From: Eledone cirrhosa
Taxonomy: Eukaryota
Assembly (NCBI GenBank): GCA_964016885.1
Contig: OZ024750.1
Location: 41,044,001 to 41,108,000 of the forward strand
Reading direction: 5' to 3'
Length of the DNA stretch: 64,000 nucleotides
The position numbers and the translations under genes are program-made. Position 1 is the stretch's first letter. Every line of letters starts with the position of its first letter. Shown here in pieces: positions 1 to 11,430 of this stretch. A model generated the notes under the pieces. It was not told where the DNA came from and searched no databases. It saw only the letters and a program-made list of their open reading frames with translations.

Positions 1-3000
1 CCTCAACTTGCTAAGACTGGCAGAGGTGGTAAGACCTAACCTAAAATTGCTAAGACTGGCAGAAGTGGTAAGACCTAACCTCAAATTGCTAAGACTGGCA
101 GAGGTGGTAAGACCGAACCTCAAATTGCTAAGACCGGCAAAGGTGGTAAGACCTAACCTCAAATTGCTAAGACTGGCAGAAGTGATAAGACCTAACCTCA
201 AATTGCTAAGACTGACAGAAGTGGTAAGACCTAACCTCAAATTGCTAAGACTGGCAGAGGTGGTAAGACCTAACCTCAAATTGCTAAGACTGGCAGAGGT
301 GGTAAGACCTAACCTCAAATTGCTAAGACTGGCAGAAGTGATAAGAGCTAACCTCAAATTGCTAAGACTGGCAGAGGTGGTAAGACCTAACCTCAAATTG
401 CTAAGACTGGCAGAGGTGGTAAGACCTAACCTCAAATTGTTAAGACTGGCAGAAGTGATAAGACCAAATCTCAAATTGCTAAGACTGGCAGAAGTGGTAA
501 GACCTAACCTCAAATTGTTAAGACTGGCAGAGGTGGTAAGACCTAACCTCAAATTGCTAAGACTGACAGAAGTGGTAAGACCTAACCTCAAATTGCTAAG
601 ACTGGCAGAGGTGGTAAGACCTAACCTCAAATTGCTCAGACTGACAGAAGTGGTAAGATCTAACCTCAAATTGCTAAGACTGGCAGAGGTGATAAGAGCT
701 AACCTCAAATTGCTAAGACTGGCAGATGTGGTAAGACCTAACCTCAATTTGCTAAGACTGGCAGAGGAGGTAAGATCTAACCTCAAATTTCTAAGACTGG
801 CAGAAGTGGTAAGACCTAACCTCAAATTGCTAAGACTGGCAGAAGTGGTAAGACCTAACCCCAAATTGCTAAGACTGGCAGAGGTGGTAAGACCTAACCT
901 CAAATTGCTAAGACTGGCAGAGGTGGTAAGACCTAACCTCAAATTGCTAAGACTGGCAGAGGTGGTAAGACCTAACCTCAAATTGTTAAGACTGGTAGAA
1001 GTGATAAGACCAAACCTCAAATTGCTAAGACTGGCAGAAGTGGTAAGACCTAACCTCAAATTGTTAAGAGTGGCAGAGGTGGTAAGACCTAACCTCAAAT
1101 TGCTAAGATTGACAGAAGTGATAAGACCTAACCTCAAATTGCTAAGACTGGCAGAAGTGGTAAGACCTAACCTCAAATTGCTAAGACCGGCAAAGGTGGT
1201 AAGACATAACCTCAAATTGCTAAGACTGGCAGAAGTGATAAGAGCTAACCTCAAATTGCTAAGACTGGCAGCTGTGGTAAGACCTAACCTCAAATTGCTA
1301 AGACTGGCAGAGGAGGTAAGACCTAACCTCAAATTGCTAAGACTGGCAGAAGTGGTAAGACCTAACCTCAAATTGCTAAGACTGGCAGAAGTGGTAAGAC
1401 CTAACCTCAAATTGCTAAGACTGGCAGATGTGGTAAGACCTAACCTCAATTTGCTAAGACTGGCAGAGGAGGTAAGACCTAACCTCAAATTTCTAAGACT
1501 GGCAGAAGTGGTAAGACCTAACCTCAAATTGCTAAGACTGGCAGAAGTGGTAAGACCTAACCTCAAATTGCTAAGACTGGCAGAGGTGGTAAGACCTAAC
1601 CTCAAATTGCTAAGACTGGCAGAGGTGGTAAGACCTAACCTCAAATTGCTAAGAGTGGCAGAGGTGGTAAGACCTAACCTCAAATTGTTAAGAGTGGCAG
1701 AAGTGATAAGACCAAACCTCAAATTGCTAAGACTGGCAGAAGTGGTAAGACCTAACCTCAAATTGTTAAGACTGGCAGAGGTGGTAAGACCTAACCTCAA
1801 ATTGCTAAGATTGACAGAAGTGGTAAGACCTAACCTCAAATTGCTAAGACTGGCAGAGGTGGTAAGACCTAACCTCAAATTGCTAAGACTGGCAGAAGTG
1901 GTAAGACCTAACCTCAAATTGCTAAGACTGACAGAAGTGGTAAGATCTAACCTCAAATTGCTAAGACTGGCAGAGGTGGTAAGACCTAACCTCAAATTGC
2001 TAAGACTGGCAGAGTTGGTAAGACCTAACCTCAAATTGCTAAGACCGGCAAAGGTGGTAAGACCTAACCTCAAACTGCTAAGACCGGCAAAGGTGGTAAG
2101 ACCTAACCTCAAATTGCTAAGACTGGCAGAAGTGGTAAGACCTAACCTCAAATTGTTAAGACTGGCAGAAGTGGTAAGACCTAACCTCAAATTGCTAAGA
2201 CTGGTAGAGGGGGTAAGACCTAACCTCAAATTGCTAAGACTGGCAGAAGTGGTAAGACCTAACCTCAAATTGCTAAGACTGGCAGAGATGCTAAGACCTC
2301 ACCTCAAATTGCTAAGACTGACAGAAGTGGTAAGACCTAACCTCAACTTGCTAAGACTGGCAGAGGTGGTAAGACCTAACCTTAAATTGCTAAGACTGGC
2401 AGAAGTGGTAAGACCTAACCTCAAATTGCTAAGACTGGCAGAAGTGGTAAAACCTATCCTCAAATTGCTAAGACTGGCAGAAGTGGTAAGACCTAACCTC
2501 AAATTGCTAAGACTGACAGAAGTGGTAAGACCTAACCTCAAATTGTTAAGACTGGCAGAGGTGGTAAGACCTAACCTCAAATTGCTAAGACTGGCAGAGG
2601 TGGTACGACCTAACCTCAAATTGCTAAGACTGGCAGAGGTGGTAAGACCTAACCTCAAATTGTTAACACTGGCAGAAGTGATAAGACCAAACCTCAAATT
2701 GCTAAGACTGGCAGAAGTGGTAAGACCTAACCTCAAATTGTTAAGACTGGCAGAAGTGGTAAGACCTAACCTCAAATTGTTAAGACTGGCAGAGGTGGTA
2801 AGACCTAACCTCAAATTGCTAAGACTGGCAGAGGTGGTAAGACCTAACCTCAAATTGCTAAGACTGGCAGAGTTGGTAAGACCTAACCTCAAATTGCTAA
2901 GACCGTCAAAGGTGGTAAGACCTAACCTCAAATTGCTAAGACTGGCAGAAGTGATAAGAGCTAACCTCAAATTGCTAAGACTGGCAGATGTGGTAAGACC

Positions 3001-4350
3001 TAACCTCAAATTGCTAAGACTGGCAGAGGAGGTAAGACCTAACCTCAAATTGCTAAGAATGGCAGAAGTGGTAAGACCTAACCTCAAATTGCTAAGACTG
3101 GCAGAAGTGGTAAGACCTAACCTCAAGTTGCTAAGACTGACAGAAGTGGTAAGACCTTACCTCAAATTGCTAAGACTGGCAGAGGTGGTAAGACCTAACC
3201 TCAAATTGCTAAGACTGGCAGAGGTGGTAAGACCTAACCTCAACTTGCTAAGACTGGCAGAGGTGGTAAGACCTAACCTAAAATTGCTAAGACTGGCAGA
3301 AGTGGTAAGACCTAACCTCAAATTGCTAAGACTGGCAGAGGTGGTAAGACCGAACCTCAAATTGCTAAGACCGGCAAAGGTGGTAAGACCTAACCTCAAA
3401 TTGCTAAGACTGGCAGAAGTGATAAGACCTAACCTCAAATTGCTAAGACTGACAGAAGTGGTAAGACCTAACCTAAAATTGCTAAGACTGGCAGAGGTGG
3501 TAAGACCTAACCTCAAATTGCTAAGACTGGCAGAGGTGGTAAGACCTAACCTCAAATTGCTAAGACTGGCAGAAGTGATAAGAGCTAACCTCAAATTGCT
3601 AAGACTGGCAGAGGTGGTAAGACCTAACCTCAAATTGCTAAGACTGGCAGAGGTGGTAAGACCTAACCTCAAATTGTTAAGACTGGCAGAAGTGATAAGA
3701 CCAAATCTCAAATTGCTAAGACTGGCAGAAGTGGTAAGACCTAACCTCAAATTGTTAAGACTGGCAGAGGTGGTAAGACCTAACCTCAAATTGCTAAGAC
3801 TGACAGAAGTGGTAAGACCTAACCTCAAATTGCTAAGACTGGCAGAGGTGGTAAGACCTAACCTCAAATTGCTCAGACTGACAGAAGTGGTAAGATCTAA
3901 CCTCAAATTGCTAAGACTGGCAGAGGTGATAAGAGCTAACCTCAAATTGCTAAGACTGGCAGATGTGGTAAGACCTAACCTCAATTTGCTAAGACTGGCA
4001 GAGGAGGTAAGATCTAACCTCAAATTTCTAAGACTGGCAGAAGTGGTAAGACCTAACCTCAAATTGCTAAGACTGGCAGAAGTGGTAAGACCTAACCTCA
4101 AATTGCTAAGACTGGCAGAGGTGGTAAGACCTAACCTCAAATTGCTAAGACTGGCAGAGGTGGTAAGACCTAACCTCAAATTGCTAAGACTGGCAGAGGT
4201 GGTAAGACCTAACCTCAAATTGTTAAGACTGGTAGAAGTGATAAGACCAAACCTCAAATTGCTAAGACTGGCAGAAGTGGTAAGACCTAACCTCAAATTG
4301 TTAAGAGTGGCAGAGGTGGTAAGACCTAACCTCAAATTGCTAAGATTGAC
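1..4350. repeat. Block duplication within the array: ~1-1110 repeated at ~3238-4350 (offset 3237 bp = 83 monomers)
   Basis: Rare variants recur at a fixed offset: caacttg 4/3241, ccgaac 113/3350, gctcag 634/3871. A third, more modified copy lies near 13420-14400. Confidence 0.85.
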
Positions 4351-6790
4351 AGAAGTGGTAAGACCTAACCTCAAAATGCTAAGACTGGCAGAGGTGGTAA
4401 GACCTAACCTCAAATTGCTAAGACTGGCAGAAATGGTAAGACCTAACCTCAAATTGCTAAGACTGACAGAAGTGGTAAGATCTAACCTCAAATTGCTAAG
4501 ACTGGCAGAGGTGGTAAGACCTAACCTCAAATTGCTAAGACTGGCAGAGTTGGTAAGACCTAACCTCAAATTGCTGAGACCGGCAAAGGTGGTAAGACCT
4601 AACCTCAAATTGCTAAGACCGGCAAAGGTGGGAAGACCTAACCTCAAATTGCTAAGACTGGCAGAAGTGGTAAGACCTAACCTCAAATTGTTAAGACTGG
4701 CAGAGGTGGTAAGACCAAACCTCAAATTGCTAAGACTGGCAGAAGTGATAAGACCAAACCTCAAATTGCTAACACTGGCAGAAGTGGTAAGACCTAACCT
4801 CAAATTGCTAAGACTGGTAGAGGGGGTAAGACCTAACCTCAAATTGCTAAGACTGGCAGAAGTGGTAAGACCTAACCTCAAATTGCTAAGACTGGCAGAG
4901 GTGGTAAGACCTCACCTCAAATTGCTAAGACTGACAGAAGTGGTAAGACCTAACCTCAACTTGCTAAGACTGGCAGAGGTGGTAAGACCTAACCTTAAAT
5001 TGCTAAGACTGGCAGAAGTGGTAAGACCTAACCTCAAATTGCTAAGACTGACAGAAGTGGTAAGACCTAACCTCAAATTGCTAAGACTCGCAGAGGTGGT
5101 AAGACCTAACCTCAAATTGCTAAGACTGGCAGAGGGGGTAAGACCTAATCTCAAATTGCTAAGACTGGCAGAGTTGGTAAGACCTAACCTCAAATTGCTA
5201 AGACCGGCAAAGGTGGTAAGACCTAACCTCAAATTGCTAAGACAGGCAAAGGTGGTAAGACCTAACCTCAAATTGCTAAGACTGGCAGAAGTGATAAGAG
5301 CTAACCTCAAATTGCTAAGACTGGCAGCTGTGGTAAGACCTAACCTCAAATTGCTAAGACTTGCAGAGGAGGTAAGACCTAACCTCAAATTGCTAAGACT
5401 GGCAGAAGTGGTAAGACCTAACCTCAAATTGCTAAGACTAGCAGAAGTGGTAAGACCTAATCTCAAATTGCTAAGACTGGCAGATGTGGTAAGACCTAAC
5501 CTCAATTTGCTAAGACTGGCAGAGGAGGTAAGACCTAACCTCAAATTTCTAAGACTGGCAGAAGTGGTAAGACCTAACCTCAAATTGCTAAGACTGGCAG
5601 AAGTGGTAAGACCTAACCTCAAATTGTTAAGACTGGCAGAGGTGGTAAGACCTAACCTCAAATTGCTAAGACTGGCAGAGGTGGTAAGACCTAACCTCAA
5701 ATTGCTAAGAATGGCAGAGGTGGTAAGACCTAACCTCAAATTGTTAAGACTGGCAGAAGTGATAAGACCAAACCTCAAATTGCTAAGACTGGCAGAAGTG
5801 GTAAGACCTAACCTCAAATTGTTAAGACTGGCAGAGGTGGTAAGACCTAACCTCAAATTGCTAAGATTGACAGAAGTGGTAAGACCTAACCTCAAATTGC
5901 TAAGACTGGCAGAGGTTGTAAGACCTAACCTCAAATTGCTAAGACTGGCAGAAGTGGTAAGACCTAACCTCAAATTGCTAAGACTGACAGAAGTGGTAAG
6001 ATCTAACCTCAAATTGCTAAGACTGGCAGAGGTGGTAAGACCTAACCTCAAATTGCTAAGACTGGCAGAGTTGGTAAGACCTAACCTCAAATTGCTAAGA
6101 CCGGCAAAGGTGGTAAGACCTAACCTCAAATTGCTAAGACGGGCAAAGGTGGTAAGACCTAACCTCAAATTGCTAAGACTGGCAGAAGTGGTAAGACCTA
6201 ACCTCAAATTGTTAAGACTGGCAGAAGTGGTAAGATCTAACCTCAAATTGCTAAGACTGGTAGAGGGGGTAAGACCTAACCTCAAATTGCTAAGACTGGC
6301 AGAAGTGGTAAGACCTAACCTCAAATTGCTAAGACTGGCAGAGGTGGTAAGACCTCACCTCAAATTGCTAAGACTGACAGAAGTGGTAAGACCTAACCTC
6401 AACTTGCTAAGACTGGCAGAGGTGGTAAGACCTAACCTTAAATTGCTAAGACTGGCAGAAGTGGTAAGACCTAACCTCAAATTGCTAAGACTGGCAGAAG
6501 TGGTAAAACCTATCCTCAAATTGCTAAGACAGGCAGAAGTGGTAAGACCTAAGCTCAAATTGCTAAGACTGACAGAAGTGGTAAGACCTAACCTCAAATT
6601 GCTAAGACTGGCAGAGGTGGTAAGACCTAACCTCAAATTGCTAAGACTGGCAGAGGTGGTAAGACCTAACCTCAAATTGCTAAGACTGGCAGAGGTGGTA
6701 AGACCTAACCTCAAATTGTTAACACTGGCAGAAGTGATAAGACCAAACCTCAAATTGCTAAGACTGGCAGAAGTGGTAAGACCTAACCTC
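1400..6790. repeat. Block duplication ~1400-2730 / ~5460-6790 (offset 4056 bp = 104 monomers)
   Basis: The same order of variant monomers occurs in both blocks (aatttg, tttcta, gagggg, cctcacc, aaacctatcc). The rare ttaacact variant is at 2665 and 6721. Confidence 0.8.
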
Positions 6791-8819
6791 AAATTGTTAA
6801 GACTGGCAGAGGTGGTAAGACCTAACCTCAAATTGCTAAGACTGACAGAAGTGGTAAGACCTAACCTCAAATTGCTAAGACTGGCAGAGGTGGTAAGACC
6901 TAACCTCAAATTGCTAAGACTGGCAGAAGTGGTAAGACCTAACCTCAAATTGCTAAGACTGGCTGAAGTGGTAAAACCTAACCTCAAATTGCTAAGACTG
7001 GCAGAAGTGGTAAGACCTAACCTCAAATTGCTAAGACTGACAGAAGTGGTAAGACCTAACCTCAAATTGCTAAGACTGGCAGAGTTGGTAAGACCTAACC
7101 TCAAATTGCTAAGACCGGCAAAGGTGGTAAAACCTAACCTCAAATTGCTAAGACCGGCAAAGGTGGTAAGACCTAACCTCAAATTACTAAGACTGGCAGA
7201 AGTGATAAGAGCTAACCTCAAATTGCTAAGACTGGCAGATGTGGTAAGACCTAACCTCAAATTGCTAAGACTGGCAGAGGAGGTAAGACCTAACCTCAAA
7301 TTGCTAAGACTGACAGAAGTGGTAAGACCTAACCTCAAATTGCTAAGACTGGCAGAAGTGATAAGAGCTAACCTCAAATTGCTAAGACTGGCAGATGTGG
7401 TAAGACCTAACCTCAAATTGTTAAGACTGGCAGAAGTGATAAGACCAAACCTCAAATTGCTAAGACTGGCAGAGGTGGTAAGACCAAACCTCAAATTGCT
7501 AAGACTGGCAGAAGTGGTAAGACCTAACCTCAAATTATTAAGACTGGCAGAAGTGGTAAGACCTAACCTCAAATTGCTAAGACTGGCAGAAGTGGTAAGA
7601 CCTAACCTCAAATTGCTAAGACTGACAGAAGTGGTAAGACCTAACCTCAAATTGCTAAGACTGGCAGAGGTGGTAAGACCTAACCTCAAATTGCTAAGAC
7701 TGGCAGAATAGGTAAGACCTAACCTCAAATTGCTAAGACTGGCAGAGGTGGTAAGACCTAACATCAAATTGCTAAGACTGACAGAAGTGGTAAGACCTAG
7801 CCTCAAATTGCTAAGACTGGCAGAAGTGGTAAGACCTAACCTCAAATTGCTAAGACTGGCAGAGGTGGTAAGACCTAACATCAAATTGCTAAGACTGACA
7901 GAAGTGGTAAGACCTAACCTCAAATTGCTAAGACTGGCAGAGGTGGTAAGACCTAACCTCAAATTGCTAAGACTGACAGAAGTGGTAAGACCTAACCTCA
8001 AATTGCTAAGACTGGCAGAGGTGGTAAGACCTAACCTCAAATTGCTAAGACTGGCAGAAGTGGTAAGACCTAACCTCAAATTGCTAAGACTGGCAGAGGT
8101 GGTAAGACCTATCATCAAATTGCTAAGACTGACAGAAGTGGTAAGACCTAACCTCAAATTGCTAAGACTGGCAGAGCTGGTAAGACCTAACCTCAAATTG
8201 CTAAGACTGGCAGAGGTGGTAAGACCTAACCTCAAATTGCTAAGACTGGCAGAGGTGGTAAGACCTAACCTCAAATTGCTAAGACTGGCAGAGTTGGTAA
8301 GACCTAACCTCAAATTGCTAAGACCGTCAAAGGTGGTAAGACCTAACCTCAAATTGCTAAGACTGGCAGAAGTGATAAGAGCTAACCTCAAATTGCTAAG
8401 ACTGGAAGATGTGGTAAGATCTAACCTCAAATTGCTAAGACTGGCAGAGGAGGTAAGACCTAACCTCAAATTGCTAAGACTGGCAGAAGTGGTAAGACCT
8501 AACCTCAAATTGCTAAGACTTGCAGAAGTGGTAAGACCTAACCTCAAATTGCTAAGACTGGCAGAAGTGGTAAGACCTAACCTCAAATTGCTAAGACTGA
8601 CAGAAGTGGTAAGACCTAACCTCAAATTGCTAAGACTGGCAGAGGTGGTAAGACCTAACCTCAAATTGCTAAGACTGGCAGAGGTGGTAAGACCTAACCT
8701 CAAATTGCTAAGACTGGCAGAAGTGGTAAGACCTAACCTCAAATTGCTAAGACTGGCAGAAGTGGTAAGACCTAACCTCAAATTATTAAGACTGGCAGAA
8801 GTGGTAAGACCTAACCTCA

Positions 8820-11430
8820 AATTGCTAAGACTGACAGAAGTGGTAAGATCTAACCTCAAATTGCTAAGACTGGCAGAGGTGATAAGAGCTAACCTCAAAT
8901 TGCTAAGACTGGCAGATGTGGTAAGACCTAACCTCAATTTGCTAAGACTGGCAGAGGAGGTAAGACCTAACCTCAAATTGCTAAGACTGGCAGAAGTGGT
9001 AAGACCTAACCTCAAATTGCTAAGACTGGCAGAAGTGGTAAGACCTAACCTCAAATTGCTAAGACTGGCAGAGGTGGTAAGACCTAACCTCAAATTGCTA
9101 AGACTGGCAGAGGTGGTAAGACCTAACCTCAAATTGCTAAGACTGGCAGTGGTGGTAAGACCTAACCTCAAATTGTTAAGACTGGCAGAAGTGATAAGAC
9201 CAAACCTCAAATTGCTAAGACTGGCAGAAGTGGTAAGACCTAACCTCAAATTGTTAAGACTGGCAGAGGTGGTAAGACCTAACCTCAAATTGCTAAGACT
9301 GACAAAAGTGGTAAGACCTAACGTCAAATTGCTAAGACTGGCAGAGGTGGTAAGACCTAACCTCAAATTGCTAAGACTGGCAGAGTTGGTAAGACCTAAC
9401 CTCAAATTGCTAAGACCGGCAAAGTTGGTAAGACCTAACCTCAAATTGCTAAGACCGGCAAAGGTGGTAAGACCTAACCTCAAATTGCTAAGACTGGCAG
9501 AAGTGGTAAGACCTAACCTCAAATTGTTAAGACTGGCAGAGGTGGTAAGACCAAACCTCAAATTGCTAAGACTGGCAGAAGTGATAAGACGAAACCTCAA
9601 ATTGCTAAGACTGGCAGAAGTGGTAAGACCTAACCTCAAATTGTTAAGACTGGCAGAAGTGGTAAGACCTACCCTCAAATTGCTAAGACTGGCAGAAGTG
9701 GTAAGACCTAACCTCAAATTGCTAAGACTGGCAGAGGGGGTAAGACCTTACCTCAAATTGCTAAGACTGGCAGAAGTGGTAAGACCTAACCTCAAATTGC
9801 TAAGACTGGCAGAGGTGGTAAGACCTCACCTCAAATTGCTAAGACTGGCAGAAGTGGTAAGACCTAACCTCAAATTGCTAAGACTTGCAGAAGTGGTAAG
9901 ACCTAACCTCAAATTGCTAAGACTGGCAGAAGTGGTAAGACCTAACCTCAAATTGCTAAGACTGACAGAAGTGGTAAGACCTAACCTCAAATTGCTAAGA
10001 CTGGCAGAGGTGGTAAGACCTAACCTCAAATTGCTAAGACTGGCAGAGGTGGTAAGACCTAACCTCAAATTGCTAAGACTGGCAGAAGTGGTAAGACCTA
10101 ACCTCAAATTGCTAAGACTGGCAGAAGTGGTAAGACCTAACCTCAAATTATTAAGACTGGCAGAAGTGGTAAGACCTAACCTCAAATTGCTAAGACTGGC
10201 AGAAGTGGTAAGAGCTAACCTCAAATTGCTAAGACTGACAGAAGTGGTAAGACCTAACCTCAAATTGCTAAGACTGGCAGAGGTGGTAAGACCTAACCTC
10301 AAATTGCTAAGACTGGCAGAAGTGGTAAGACCTAACCTCAAATTGCTAAGACTGGCAGAGGTGGTAAGACCTAACCTCAAATTGCTAAGATTGGCAGAGT
10401 TGGTAAGACCTAACCTCAAATTGCTAAGACTGACAGAAGTGGTAAGATCTAACCTCAAATTGCTAAGACTGGCAGAGGTGATAAGAGCTAACCTCAAATT
10501 GCTAAGACTGGCAGATGTGGTAAGACCTAACCTCAATTTGCTAAGACTGGCAGAGGAGGTAAGACCTAACCTCAAATTGCTAAGACTGGCAGAAGTGGTA
10601 TGACCTAACCTCAAATTGCTAAGACTGGCAGAAGTGGTAAGACCTAACCTCAAATTGCTAAGACTGGCAGAGGTGGTAAGACCTAACCTCAAATTGCTAA
10701 GACTGGCAGAGGTGGTAAGACCTAACCTCAAATTGCTAAGACTGGCAGTGGTGGTAAGACCTAACCTCACATTGTTAAGACTGGCAGAAGTGATAAGACC
10801 AAACCTCAAATTGCTAAGACTGGCAGAAGTGGTAAGACCTAACCTCAAATTGTTAAGACTGGCAGAGGTGGTAAGACCTAACCTCAAATTGCTAAGACTG
10901 ACAAAAGTGGTAAGACCTAACGTCAAATTGCTAAGACTGGCAGAGGTGGTAAGACCTAACCTCAAATTGCTAAGACTGGCAGAGTTGGTAAGACCTAACC
11001 TCAAATTGCTAAGACCGGCAAAGTTGGTAAGACCTAACCTCAAATTGCTAAGACCGGCAAAGGTGGTAAGACCTAACCTCAAATTGCTAAGACTGGCAGA
11101 AGTGGTAAGACCTAACCTCAAATTGTTCAGACTGGCAGAGGTGGTAAGACCAAACCTCAAATTGCTAAGACTGGCAGAAGTGATAAGACGAAACCTCAAA
11201 TTGCTAAGACTGGCAGAAGTGGTAAGACCTAACCTCAAATTGTTAAGACTGGCAGAAGTGGTAAGACCTACCCTCAAATTGCTAAGACTGGCAGAAGTGG
11301 TAAGACCTAACCTCAAATTGCTAAGACTGGGAGAGGGGGTAAGACCTTACCTCAAATTGCTAAGACTGGCAGAAGTGGTAAGACCTAACCTCAAATTGCT
11401 AAGACTGGCAGAGGTGGTAAGACCTCACCT
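8820..11430. repeat. Near-tandem duplication, offset 1599 bp = 41 monomers (~8820-9830 / ~10420-11430)
   Basis: Private variants recur at offset 1599: gcagtggtgg 9146/10745, cgtcaaa 9322/10921, gacgaaacc (second g) 9591/11190. Confidence 0.88.
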
